A stretch of 60,024 nucleotides of DNA from Bacteroidota bacterium (GCA_051748205.1 JBNJHE010000001.1:1-60024), one strand, 5' to 3'; counted from the first letter of the stretch, positions 49,974 to 59,777 are shown. Notes: a model not told the origin generated them from the sequence alone. Made by a program: numbers and translations.

Positions 49974-51803
49974 TTAAGGAATCAGAATTTGATTGGATTT
50001 TCTGTCATTAAATTCAAGAATTAGTTTTCTCGCATATTCATATTCTCCATCAGGATTAAACCTGGATTGATTAAATCTGATTTCCCGTTCGAATTCAATC
50101 CTGTTTCGTTTGCTGATTAATTCAACCTGATAATACCCCTTATTAGATTTTATCATTTTTTTTCGTTTATCCGAATGCGACTTATATTTGTCCGGGAGAT
50201 TTATTTCTATGTCTATTTTTTCGTTAACAGGCATACCGATATCAAATACTCCTTTAGTTTCTTCGGGCAACCTTGCTGCTTTGATTTTTTTAAGACAGGG
50301 GCTCATCTTTTCAATCGAAATGTAGTGTAAATCACCAAACGAACCTACAGAACCGGCAGTGACATTTGCTTTAATTTCTGTTTTGTTTGGATTTGCTTCA
50401 ATTTCTGCATTCGAAAATTTAAGACCAGTTTTCTGCCCCAAATTCTTTATCGCTTCTTCGGGGTCTAACCAAAATTGAAAAAACGGATTTATCCCGTTGG
50501 TTAATTCCACTTCAGCTTTTCCACTGATGCTACCATCATCGTTTACCTTGAGTTCCATCTCAAGATCAAATTTATTGTCACTTTCTTTTCGCAGGTTATT
50601 GTGTTTTATCACCTGGTTCTCGTTAAGCGAATAAAAAGTGTAATTGCCATGGATAATCATTGGGTTAATTCGCTTATTATCGAATGGATCTATCAGAAAA
50701 GTATGCTTATCATATTGCATTCTGACAAGCGGATATTCGGGAAACAACAAGTTCTTAGATTTGTCACCGGAAAAAGCATATACTACGTCCGATTTTAGCC
50801 CCTGGCGTTTTAGCATTGCATCCATTAATAGTGCTGCTTCATATGCTGTTGCTCCATTGGAATGGATAATGTCTTTAACTGCCCTCGGTTTGAAACCATA
50901 AAGAAATGGATCAATAGAATAATGGTTAATCGATTGATCTATATATTTTAAGGTGTTTTTGATGTTTGATTTAATGAGTTTTTCCTCACTGGCTTTTGGA
51001 TTAATGTCCAGATTGTCAAAAATGGATTCAAAATATTGTTTTGTTTTTGCAGATGATGAGTTGTCTATGGTATTTTTATACTGACTGGCGAGTGCTATTG
51101 ATATATCGCCTGTAGAGAACTCAACCATTGGCAAGTAAGTGTGGGGCTCCGCCAGATAAGCATCATTTGCCTTTGGCTTGAGATTGCTAAATGTCCAGGT
51201 GTAGTGTTTTGTAGCTTTTGTCTCTCTGATTTCCGGTGCTGTCCTGATGCGTTCTGTTTGATGATATAGTGTTTGGTTATTGGGTATTTCTGCTCTCAGG
51301 ATCATTTGTTTAATTGGTATTTCTTTCGCAAGAATCTCACGGTGTAAAAGCAAGGGATAAAACCCGGATTTTGTGGTAATGGTATAATCCAGCTCTATGA
51401 TTGCGCCTTTTTGCAATCCGGTATGAGTGACAACCATTTCTCTTAAGTGATTATATGCTGGTGCGTTTTGAGCATTTTGTGGAAGAATTTCATTAAAAGC
51501 ATTATCCGGTACGGGTACTTGTTTACCATCGGCCATAGTCGTTATAGCCTTGTTGATTTTTAATTTTTGAAACTCCGGGTTGTAAACAATAAAGGTTTCA
51601 CCATATGCTCGATGAAAAGAATAATAGGTCTTTAATTCCAGTTTTTTATAGTAATGAAATTCAATACTTCCATCCTCATTGAGGGTGTATTCCTTTACAA
51701 GTTTATGGTATACCGCATCATAATCATAGTTTGTTGCTATACTCTGACCACTGGCTAAAAGAAATACAATGATTGTTGTTATTTTAAAATATATACGCTT
51801 CAT
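49974..51803 (-). CDS. Secreted DUF3857/DUF3858-like protein with a degenerate transglutaminase-like core
   Basis: It has a signal peptide and the same overall layout as the upstream paralogue. The position of the catalytic Cys reads NGATAYEAALLMDAMLKRQG, so there is no Cys. Confidence 0.65.
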   Translation of the reverse strand: MKRIYFKITTIIVFLLASGQSIATNYDYDAVYHKLVKEYTLNEDGSIEFHYYKKLELKTYYSFHRAYGETFIVYNPEFQKLKINKAITTMADGKQVPVPDNAFNEILPQNAQNAPAYNHLREMVVTHTGLQKGAIIELDYTITTKSGFYPLLLHREILAKEIPIKQMILRAEIPNNQTLYHQTERIRTAPEIRETKATKHYTWTFSNLKPKANDAYLAEPHTYLPMVEFSTGDISIALASQYKNTIDNSSSAKTKQYFESIFDNLDINPKASEEKLIKSNIKNTLKYIDQSINHYSIDPFLYGFKPRAVKDIIHSNGATAYEAALLMDAMLKRQGLKSDVVYAFSGDKSKNLLFPEYPLVRMQYDKHTFLIDPFDNKRINPMIIHGNYTFYSLNENQVIKHNNLRKESDNKFDLEMELKVNDDGSISGKAEVELTNGINPFFQFWLDPEEAIKNLGQKTGLKFSNAEIEANPNKTEIKANVTAGSVGSFGDLHYISIEKMSPCLKKIKAARLPEETKGVFDIGMPVNEKIDIEINLPDKYKSHSDKRKKMIKSNKGYYQVELISKRNRIEFEREIRFNQSRFNPDGEYEYARKLILEFNDRKSNQILIP

Positions 51804-51811
51804 GATGTTCC

Positions 51812-53743
51812 TTATTTTAGATTAATAATAACCGGTTGTTTTTCATACTCGTTTTGTGCTTTAACGGCTGCCTTGTATCCAGCCCATTCATTTGCATTAT
51901 AAACCCGCTTTTTAAAGCTGAGCTTTTGCGAAAGATGCAAAACTGGTTTTTCAGTTGTGTACGATAAATCATAATCTGCAGCCTGAGAACGACCTTGTAA
52001 ATTTGCAGGCTTGCTGATTATAACAGCATTATCCGGTAGTTTTATTGTCTCATTGATTTGAACGAGCCTTGAACAGCGATCCTTGAAAGGGTATTTCCGA
52101 TTTTTGATGTTTGTGTTGAAATAACGGTGATAACTGGCCGAATTGAATAACTTTTGAGTGCCAAGGGGATTTAAGTATAGTTTCTCATTCATTATAACAG
52201 CATATTCAGGGATAGCAAATTGCATTGTGATTTTAATCGGATTGGAATAATCATAAGGGTCTCCGTAATCCATACTTTGGATTTGGGCTTTAGGATTAAG
52301 CTGCTTTAGTTGCCTTTTAAGGTAATGGTTCCATGTATTCACAGGTCCGGAAGTAAATGCTCTTCGGATAGCTGCATCGGATTGGCCTTCGGCTTCTAAA
52401 ATCAGGGTGCCGCTTAAATCTCCGTTTGAATGGATTTCTGTTTGTATGTTTAGCTTAATGTAGTGGTCTTCCGGCGGAGAAACAGGTGTTTTCATAAGAT
52501 CGGCACCGTCGGGTAAACCCATCAGGTAATTTTGCTGCTGCTCGGCGCTCGACCATAGTTCCCGGACAAATGGAACCCAGGTAGGATCAAGCAATTTATA
52601 AGAGCCATCGGATAATTTAACAACAGTAATACTATGGTTAAACTGATCCGCAGGAATATCTTCAATACGTGAGCCTGCCATTGTCATAGCGGCATAGGAC
52701 TCAAAACCGGCAGCGCGCAACATCGTTACCAACATTCCGGCTTTATCTTTACACACGCCACAGCGGTCGCGAAAATTCATTTCCCCTTTATGTAATGTAT
52801 AGCCTTCGCCTTCTCCCATAGAAATGCCGGAATAACGTATTTCGTCTGCTACCCAATGTGTTAGACGGGAGATGGAATCCAGTTCGGATGTGGCACCCTC
52901 CAGTATTTCATTGGTTTTTTTTGTGATTTCCGGCGTGGTTTCAAAACTTCCATAATCTTCATTCACACCATAAAACCACACTGCCTTTGCTTCCCAATCC
53001 GGGCTGGTGGATAAAAGAAGTTTGGGTGCTACATTTGACATTGCTACCATATGAGGCTCCCTTTTAATAGGCATGATGTCTTCTTTAGTGAAATTATAGA
53101 CGATATGATCATTGGTAAACCGGGAGGAAACTTTTACTTCTCCGTGATAAAACTCATATTGCATAGGTTTGTCTTTAGGAGCAGCTACTTCAAAAACTTT
53201 TCTTAAAACCGGCTGCTGACTCCAAAATTCTACTATGTCGTAATAATGCCCTTTCATCGGGGGTACATAACGGTCATCATCACTCCTGAGTAATGCATAG
53301 GTGAATCCCTTTCGGAACATTTTATATTCTACCATATCGCCCGGATTTAAGCGTCCTACCGGAACCATCTTTTTGCGGGCACCCCAATAAATCATACGGG
53401 CTGCTGCAGGATAGTCTTTAACTTTTGATGTATCGATCTTTTCCTTACTTCCATCAGCCCGATGAATGACGACTTCATCTACTCTTACAAAAGCTGATTG
53501 AGGATCATAATCGAAGCGAATCGTATGATTTTCCCTGGCCCCTTTCAGGGTGTTGACCCTGATTAATTTGTGGTTGTTGACATAACTCAAACCACTGGGC
53601 TTTACTTCTACTGTTGTACTGTCATAAATGGTGACAGCATCATAATCCTGATATTTTTCCTGATTTACTTTATCCAAAATATCTTGACCGGATAACTGGA
53701 AGTGGCTTACAAATAAGACAATAAGTAATGATAATATACGCAT
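51812..53743 (-). CDS. Secreted DUF3857 domain / transglutaminase-like cysteine peptidase-fold protein
   Basis: Signal peptide and a transglutaminase core (RDRCGVCKDKAGMLVTMLRAAGFESY), followed by FNHSITVV and KLLDPTW (Cys-His-Asp). Confidence 0.8.
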   Translation of the reverse strand: MRILSLLIVLFVSHFQLSGQDILDKVNQEKYQDYDAVTIYDSTTVEVKPSGLSYVNNHKLIRVNTLKGARENHTIRFDYDPQSAFVRVDEVVIHRADGSKEKIDTSKVKDYPAAARMIYWGARKKMVPVGRLNPGDMVEYKMFRKGFTYALLRSDDDRYVPPMKGHYYDIVEFWSQQPVLRKVFEVAAPKDKPMQYEFYHGEVKVSSRFTNDHIVYNFTKEDIMPIKREPHMVAMSNVAPKLLLSTSPDWEAKAVWFYGVNEDYGSFETTPEITKKTNEILEGATSELDSISRLTHWVADEIRYSGISMGEGEGYTLHKGEMNFRDRCGVCKDKAGMLVTMLRAAGFESYAAMTMAGSRIEDIPADQFNHSITVVKLSDGSYKLLDPTWVPFVRELWSSAEQQQNYLMGLPDGADLMKTPVSPPEDHYIKLNIQTEIHSNGDLSGTLILEAEGQSDAAIRRAFTSGPVNTWNHYLKRQLKQLNPKAQIQSMDYGDPYDYSNPIKITMQFAIPEYAVIMNEKLYLNPLGTQKLFNSASYHRYFNTNIKNRKYPFKDRCSRLVQINETIKLPDNAVIISKPANLQGRSQAADYDLSYTTEKPVLHLSQKLSFKKRVYNANEWAGYKAAVKAQNEYEKQPVIINLK

Positions 53744-53823
53744 ACTTTGAAAATTTGAAAATGAAGTGTAAAGCTAATAAAAATCTGGTTTATACAAGAG
53801 ATGATTTTAACCATTTAATGGAA

Positions 53824-53962
53824 GAGGCCGGTCTAAAAAGCCTTCAAACTGCTGATTTTTATTGTTTTTACCCCTAAACCCTAAAGGTAGGCCGCTAAAA
53901 ATCAGCAGTTTGGAAAGTCCTCTTTAGGGGATTTAGGGGTCTTAAGGCCTTTTAGACGGCAC
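53824..53962 (+). repeat. 139-nt nested-inverted-repeat element, copy B
   Basis: It has the same length and orientation as 3637-3775. A perfect 17-bp inner helix forms between caaactgctgattttta and taaaaatcagcagtttg. The outer arms are gccggtctaaaaagcctt / aaggccttttagacggc. It lies in the 281-bp divergent gap between 53743 and 54025. Confidence 0.7.
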
Positions 53963-54024
53963 TCAATATTGAAAAACATTAATTGTCCGCCATTGTTGCT
54001 TTTATAGAAAATCAAAATATTAAT

Positions 54025-55554
54025 ATGGCAGTTATTGGAGAAATTATAAAACGTACAATAGAAGTTGCTGATCGATTTATTACAAACTCTGATCCGGTTG
54101 AAGCACAAAAGGAAGTGCTTTATGAGTTATTATCCAGGTCGAGAAATACTTCATTCGGCTTATATTATGACTTCCGGGGAATAATGAAAAGTCAGGATAT
54201 CCGTAAGGCTTTTGCAAAAGAAGTACCTTACCATAGTTATGATAAAATGCATAATGAATGGTGGCGGAGGGTAATCGAAGGGAAGGAGGATATCACCTGG
54301 CCTGGAGTTGTGGATTATTTTGCAGTTTCCAGTGGCACAACAAGCAAAAAAAAGCATATACCGGTTACAGACGATATGATGAGTTCTATCAGAAGAGGCG
54401 GAATACAACAAATTAAAAGTGTTGCTGACTTTGATCTGCCTCCGGAGTTTTTTGAAAAAGAAATTCTTATGTTTGGCAGCAGCACTGATCTTAAGAAAGT
54501 GCATGGCCACCTGGAAGGTGAGATCAGCGGTATCAGCGCTTCTCAGATTCCTTTTTGGTTTGAAGGGTATTACAAGCCCGGCCATGATATCGCTTCAATT
54601 AATGATTGGGATGAGCGTGTTGAAGCATTGGCTAAAGAGGCTCCAAAGTGGGATATTGGCAGCATTTCTGGTATTCCTTCATGGATTGAGCTGATGATAA
54701 AAAAAGTGATCGAATATCATGGAGTGAATACTATTCATGATATCTGGCCGAGCTTGCGTGTGTTTACTTCAGGTGGTGTTGCGTTTGAACCATACCGAAA
54801 GAGTTTTGAAAAACTCAGTTCCAAACCACTTATCATAATCGATACTTATCTTACTTCGGAAGGTTATCTGGCCACGCAAACAAGAAAAGAAACTACTTCC
54901 ATGCAATTGATCACGGATAACGGCATTTATTTTGAATTTGTGCCTTTTGTTTCTGAAAATGTTGATAAAGAGGGCAATGTAAAGCCGGGAGCGAAGGCAC
55001 TGAATATTGAAGAAGTGGAGGAAGGTGTTGAATATGTTCTTATCATAAGTACAGTAGCCGGTGCCTGGCGTTATATGATTGGCGATACTATCGTGTTTAC
55101 GGATGCTAAAAGAAAGGAGATCAAAATTACCGGCCGGACAAAGCACTATTTGAATGTAGTCGGATCCCAACTGTCCGTGATACAGATGGATAATGCTATG
55201 GAAAAGGTAGAGGAGGAGTTTGATTGTGATATCAAAGAGTATACGGTAGCGGCTGTGAGAGAAAATTCAGAATACAGGCATCGCTGGTATGTGGGCGTTG
55301 CCGATGGGTCTATGCCTGATAATAAAAAAATTGCTGCACGCTTGGATGAAATACTTCAGGAAAACAATAAAAACTATAAAGTTGCCAGGACCAAGGCACT
55401 GAAATATGTGGAAGCGCGTGTGCTGCCTGCTGAAATGTTCACTAAATGGACAGAAAAAACCAAACAGAAAGGCGGACAGGTGAAAATGCCAAAAGTAATG
55501 AAAGAAGAAGAATTCAGAAGGTGGGAGATGTTTGTGGATGCGAAGACGGGGTAA
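54025..55554 (+). CDS. GH3 (auxin-responsive promoter) family adenylate-forming enzyme
   Basis: FAVSSGTTSKKKHIPV AMP-binding-type motif and YLTSEG. The length and N-terminus are typical of bacterial GH3 proteins. The ATG at 54025 is preferred over the TTG at 53983. Confidence 0.85.
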   Translation: MAVIGEIIKRTIEVADRFITNSDPVEAQKEVLYELLSRSRNTSFGLYYDFRGIMKSQDIRKAFAKEVPYHSYDKMHNEWWRRVIEGKEDITWPGVVDYFAVSSGTTSKKKHIPVTDDMMSSIRRGGIQQIKSVADFDLPPEFFEKEILMFGSSTDLKKVHGHLEGEISGISASQIPFWFEGYYKPGHDIASINDWDERVEALAKEAPKWDIGSISGIPSWIELMIKKVIEYHGVNTIHDIWPSLRVFTSGGVAFEPYRKSFEKLSSKPLIIIDTYLTSEGYLATQTRKETTSMQLITDNGIYFEFVPFVSENVDKEGNVKPGAKALNIEEVEEGVEYVLIISTVAGAWRYMIGDTIVFTDAKRKEIKITGRTKHYLNVVGSQLSVIQMDNAMEKVEEEFDCDIKEYTVAAVRENSEYRHRWYVGVADGSMPDNKKIAARLDEILQENNKNYKVARTKALKYVEARVLPAEMFTKWTEKTKQKGGQVKMPKVMKEEEFRRWEMFVDAKTG

Positions 55555-55639
55555 CTCTTTCGGTGTTTTGGGGTGTTGTTGATCAGGCGAAATGCCTTAT
55601 AGTCAATATCTTTTTGAATTCTTATCCTGTGAATCTGAT

Positions 55640-56215
55640 CTATAGCAACTCTTTTTCCTCTATCATCTCAATAATCTCTTCCGGAGGAAGGTACAGCTTA
55701 TTGATTTTACGGATATATTCTTTTGGCATACCGGCCTGATGGAGTATGAAGTTTTTAGTGGCCAGGATGTAATCGCCCAGCCCATGGTTGACGGCATAGG
55801 TGTCAGCAAAGCGTTCTGCAGACATAATGAAGCTTTTTGATGTGATGTAACCAATGCCAAACAAAATCATCGACCATGCGTCCCGGCGCTTGTAATCCAT
55901 AATATGGCCGAGCTCATGCCCCAACCAACCTACCAGCACATCTTCCGGTAAATCATGCAGATGCATTTTCTTTCCTTTTAAAAAGAAATAGCGGCTGATT
56001 TTTATCAGATAGCTGCGCTTTTTACGCGGCTTATACATAGTGATATAAAGAGGCTGAGCCTGCATTACCGATTTGCGGATGTTTTCACTGAACCGAAACT
56101 CAATTTTTATATTCACAAGTTCGGGGTAAAAGGATAATGCTTTTAGTGCAGCCCTTACGATATCCTCCGGTATAATTTTATTCCGACTAAAATAGTTAAG
56201 ATTTTCTTTAATCAT
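55640..56215 (-). CDS. Predicted zinc metallopeptidase (HExxH)
   Basis: GHELGHIMD motif in a 191-aa cytoplasmic-looking protein. The family is not resolved. Confidence 0.5.
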   Translation of the reverse strand: MIKENLNYFSRNKIIPEDIVRAALKALSFYPELVNIKIEFRFSENIRKSVMQAQPLYITMYKPRKKRSYLIKISRYFFLKGKKMHLHDLPEDVLVGWLGHELGHIMDYKRRDAWSMILFGIGYITSKSFIMSAERFADTYAVNHGLGDYILATKNFILHQAGMPKEYIRKINKLYLPPEEIIEMIEEKELL

Positions 56216-56276
56216 ATCTTAAAAGGTTAACAAAGTCCTATGATGAATTGTTAGGATCTGCCTTTGAGAATTCTTC

Positions 56277-57773
56277 TTATTCTGTTTTCATCACAGGCTT
56301 TCGGGCGAAGGCCTTGTGCATAAACAGGATAAAAGCTAATCCTGCAAGAAATGCTAACCATAGGGGTTGCCGGTGTCCAATAAGTAGAAAACTAATAATT
56401 CCAGCCGAAAAAACGGTAAGTGTTTGCAGAATATGTGTTTTGATATGGTAAACAGGACTGATTTTACAGGCAGCTGAAGTCATGACACATTTTTCGGAAT
56501 AGGGGATCATATGTTCTCCGGATACTGCTCCGCTAATTACAGCAGCAGAAATCACAGGAATCAAATCCGGGACACCTTCCATAATAGCCATTTGGTAGGC
56601 AATAGGCATGACAATAGCCATAGAGGACCAGCTGAATCCGGTGGCTACCGTAATCAACATGGCAATGATAAAGATCACAGCGGGTAATATTTGAGGTGTG
56701 ATATAGCCAGATAAGGAATCCGATATATAGCGTCCTGTTTCAAGATCGGAAGATACGGCAGCCAGGCCTGTTGCCATAAAAATAACCAGACTTACATCCA
56801 CCATTCCTTTGCCTCCCTTAAGCATTCCTATGGCTGTTTGCCTGCTGCTTAATGCTTTTTCCTTTTGTAAGAGCAAAATCAAAACCAGGATAGCCAACAG
56901 CGTGGCAATGATTAATATTTCAACCGAAGGAGCTTCACCCAAAATGCTGATCAGGGTCAAAGGCTCTCCTCTTTGCGTTAAGATCCAGGTGCCGGAAACA
57001 AATAAAGCAACAAGCGCAAAGCCAATAAGGGTTAAGACAGGCACGATAACATATTTGGCTTTCCCTTTTGGGGATGCGGCCTGAGGTTGTGTGTCGGGGA
57101 TAGGTTGATTATCCAGCTTATAACCAAACCATTTTCCGGAATATGCTACTACTAGCGCCAGTGTAATGGCCAGGAAGGTGTAAAAATGATAGGGAAGCGA
57201 TTCCAGAAAAAACAAACTTAAGGACCCTTCTCTTCCGATTGTAGTGGCAGCATCAACCATAACCGAGCCTTCAAAAGCTGCCCAGGTGGAGATGATCATA
57301 ATACTGGCCATAATCGCGACAACATCTACTATATATGCCAGCATAGCCGGACTGACACCGTTTTTTAGATTGATGTTTCGCATGGATGCACCCGAAATTA
57401 ATACGTTGGCGTAATCATCGAAAAATAGTAGCATGGAAATCCCCCAGGTTGTCAGGCGGGATTTTCTTCCATTATGGAGTCGTTTTTCAAGCTTTTTTGC
57501 GAAGGCCTCATAACCTCCGCTTTTTGCTATAATCTCTAATAAACTTCCGATTAAAAGTATGAAAACAACGATAGAAATGCGTTCCGGGTCGGTGAAAGCA
57601 TCCAGCAAGTAATTGAACAAACCACGTGCTGATTCTAAAAGCTTACCATGATGATAGGCGAAAGCACCAGCAACAATACCCAGAAAAAGTGAGAGTGCCA
57701 CTCTTTTGGTAGTTAGGGCAAACACTATGGTTACCAACGCCGGAATTAATGAAAGCCAGGCAAAATCCTCCAT
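56277..57773 (-). CDS. NhaC family antiporter/carrier
   Basis: About 12 TM helices with an NhaC-like layout (LFFDDYANVLISG motif). It lies 12 nt downstream of the decarboxylase gene. Confidence 0.85.
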   Translation of the reverse strand: MEDFAWLSLIPALVTIVFALTTKRVALSLFLGIVAGAFAYHHGKLLESARGLFNYLLDAFTDPERISIVVFILLIGSLLEIIAKSGGYEAFAKKLEKRLHNGRKSRLTTWGISMLLFFDDYANVLISGASMRNINLKNGVSPAMLAYIVDVVAIMASIMIISTWAAFEGSVMVDAATTIGREGSLSLFFLESLPYHFYTFLAITLALVVAYSGKWFGYKLDNQPIPDTQPQAASPKGKAKYVIVPVLTLIGFALVALFVSGTWILTQRGEPLTLISILGEAPSVEILIIATLLAILVLILLLQKEKALSSRQTAIGMLKGGKGMVDVSLVIFMATGLAAVSSDLETGRYISDSLSGYITPQILPAVIFIIAMLITVATGFSWSSMAIVMPIAYQMAIMEGVPDLIPVISAAVISGAVSGEHMIPYSEKCVMTSAACKISPVYHIKTHILQTLTVFSAGIISFLLIGHRQPLWLAFLAGLAFILFMHKAFARKPVMKTE

Positions 57774-57785
57774 GCTGATTATTCC

Positions 57786-59711
57786 TTATTCGTGCGAAAT
57801 TTTATATCCCTCGATATCCAGGGCTTTTTCTTCTGATTGTTTCATTACTTTTAGTAAACTCCCTTCCATGCCGTGGATTTCCACGCCGTAATCCCGGTAG
57901 GTAGTAAGACTGTTGATGATTGCTTCCGTAATAATTTGTCCGGGGACCAGCAAAGGAATCCCTGGTGGATAGGGAGTTACCATGCGGGAAGCAATGCGAT
58001 CTGTTGCTTCTCGGAGGGGGATTTCTTCATTTTCAGCATAAAAAGCCAGCCTGGGGCGATATAATATCGGCGATAAAAGCAGGCGGAAATTCTTCATGAT
58101 CTTGTCCTGTCCGTGCTTTTGACGGTTGCCACTGTGCTTTTCAATGTTTTCCAGCGCCAGGTACAAGCGGTTGATCCGGGAGTGTGTGGCTCCTATTGTC
58201 AGTAAAATAGTAATGGTATTAAAGGTAGTTTTTTCGATCTGTATATTGTGTTTATTCAGCAATAAGTGCTCAATCTGTTTGGATGTCATCCCTGATTTGG
58301 AGACATCAATCGTAATCTTTGTTCTGTCCAGGCGTATATTATCATTACTAAGTTCTTCTGAAATCAAATCATTTTTTTCAAGGACACGAAATTTTTTCAG
58401 GGAATTAATCGAGTCTTTAAGTTGGCTGGATAAGTCCAATACCCGCTGAAGTAAGGAATAGCCTTCCATGACCATTTGTCGTGTAGCCACATCCAGCGAA
58501 GCAATCATAGGATATTGGGGTGAAGTGGAAGAGTGCATATTGAAGTTTTCTATGAAAAGGTCTTCAATATCCTCAAAATCCGGATCGTTTACATGAATCA
58601 TTGATGCCTGCGAAAAGGCACTCATCGTTTTATGGGTTGACTGGGTTGAGTAATCTGCTCCTGCAGCCATCGCACTGGGGTAAAACTCACGATGAAAAAT
58701 AGCATAGCCAAACCATGCTTCATCCACGATCACTTTTATGTTGCGTTTGTGGGCTTCTTCTACTATGGATTCAATGTCATACATCAAACCATCGTAAGTG
58801 CAATTCGTAAGCATGATGGCTTTTAGCTTTTTCCCTTGCGCAATGGCATCATCCATGGATTGAATAATCCGCTCTTTGGGTATCGGTCCAAAAATGCCAT
58901 ATTGATTATTAACAGACGGCATTAGATACAGCGGTTCTGCGCCGGCAATAATCACACCGTAGTGAACGGATTTGTGGCAATTCCGGTCAAGTAAAATGGC
59001 ATCACCGGGCTTTAATAAGCTCTGGATAAGTATTTTATTTGATGTCGAGGTGCCATTTGTAGAAAAGAAAGTGTATCGGGAATTAAAGGCTCTGGCAGCC
59101 AATTCTTGTGCCTCTTTTATCACGCCTTCAGGATGTAACAGCGAATCCAACTCAGGGACAGATACAGAGACATCAGCAAGAAATAAATTCTCACCAAAAA
59201 ACTCGTAAAAGTCACGAGCATATGGAGAATGCTTTACAGAGTTTCCTGATGCATGCCCAGGTGTGTGCCAGGAATCTTTGGCTTTTCGGGCATAACGTAC
59301 CAGCTTTTCATAAAATGGAGCATGGTTCTTTTCATCAATTTCAGCTTGTATCTTGCGCACAATGTCGTCATATACCTTTTCCTTTTTCAGAAAATAGCCG
59401 TTAATAATTCCTCCGCTAGTCAAATTGCGCGTATCACTGATTGATGTATACAAAAAGAGCGAAATCTCAAATCTCAGTTCTAAAAAATGATTGAAAATGT
59501 CCAGGCCTTTAACCCATTGTTTGCTATCAGCACGTTTGGGTAGTTGCCATTCGGATAAAACAGCATGGATGCTGCCATCCTGGACCAAATAGTCGCTGGC
59601 TTCTTCAAAGTTATTGCTGCTGACAACCTTCAATCCCCTAACAACCAACGCTTCCGTAAGCTCCTCCCGGGCCTGTTGGTCATGGTCAACAACCAGCACA
59701 GAATATTGCAT
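57786..59711 (-). CDS. Orn/Lys/Arg decarboxylase family (PLP fold type I) with an N-terminal CheY-like wing domain
   Basis: SWHTPGH, the PLP-Lys region STHKTMSAFSQASMIHV and a C-terminal YPPGIPLLVPG. In the N-terminal receiver-like domain of about 125 aa (VLVVDHD), the phospho-acceptor position reads SE, not D. Confidence 0.85.
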   Translation of the reverse strand: MQYSVLVVDHDQQAREELTEALVVRGLKVVSSNNFEEASDYLVQDGSIHAVLSEWQLPKRADSKQWVKGLDIFNHFLELRFEISLFLYTSISDTRNLTSGGIINGYFLKKEKVYDDIVRKIQAEIDEKNHAPFYEKLVRYARKAKDSWHTPGHASGNSVKHSPYARDFYEFFGENLFLADVSVSVPELDSLLHPEGVIKEAQELAARAFNSRYTFFSTNGTSTSNKILIQSLLKPGDAILLDRNCHKSVHYGVIIAGAEPLYLMPSVNNQYGIFGPIPKERIIQSMDDAIAQGKKLKAIMLTNCTYDGLMYDIESIVEEAHKRNIKVIVDEAWFGYAIFHREFYPSAMAAGADYSTQSTHKTMSAFSQASMIHVNDPDFEDIEDLFIENFNMHSSTSPQYPMIASLDVATRQMVMEGYSLLQRVLDLSSQLKDSINSLKKFRVLEKNDLISEELSNDNIRLDRTKITIDVSKSGMTSKQIEHLLLNKHNIQIEKTTFNTITILLTIGATHSRINRLYLALENIEKHSGNRQKHGQDKIMKNFRLLLSPILYRPRLAFYAENEEIPLREATDRIASRMVTPYPPGIPLLVPGQIITEAIINSLTTYRDYGVEIHGMEGSLLKVMKQSEEKALDIEGYKISHE

Positions 59712-59769
59712 AATGTTTTTTTTCAGTGTTTTAAACGTAATCGTTTTTCATAAGCCTTTCATTTGGCTG

Positions 59770-59777
59770 CAAAAATA
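59770..59777 (-). promoter_or_regulatory. Bacteroidota-type -7 box (minus strand)
   Basis: The plus strand reads caaaaata (TATTTTTG on the minus strand), 59 nt upstream of the decarboxylase ATG (59711). Confidence 0.4.

Noticed and set aside
53868-53940. Telomere-like heptamers inside the element: ccctaaaccctaaa and tttagggg-a-tttagggg.
   Set aside because: There are only two units per arm, and the two arms are complementary to each other. They are better explained as a helix or pseudoknot than as telomeric or G-quadruplex repeats. A single element has too few G-runs for an intramolecular G4.
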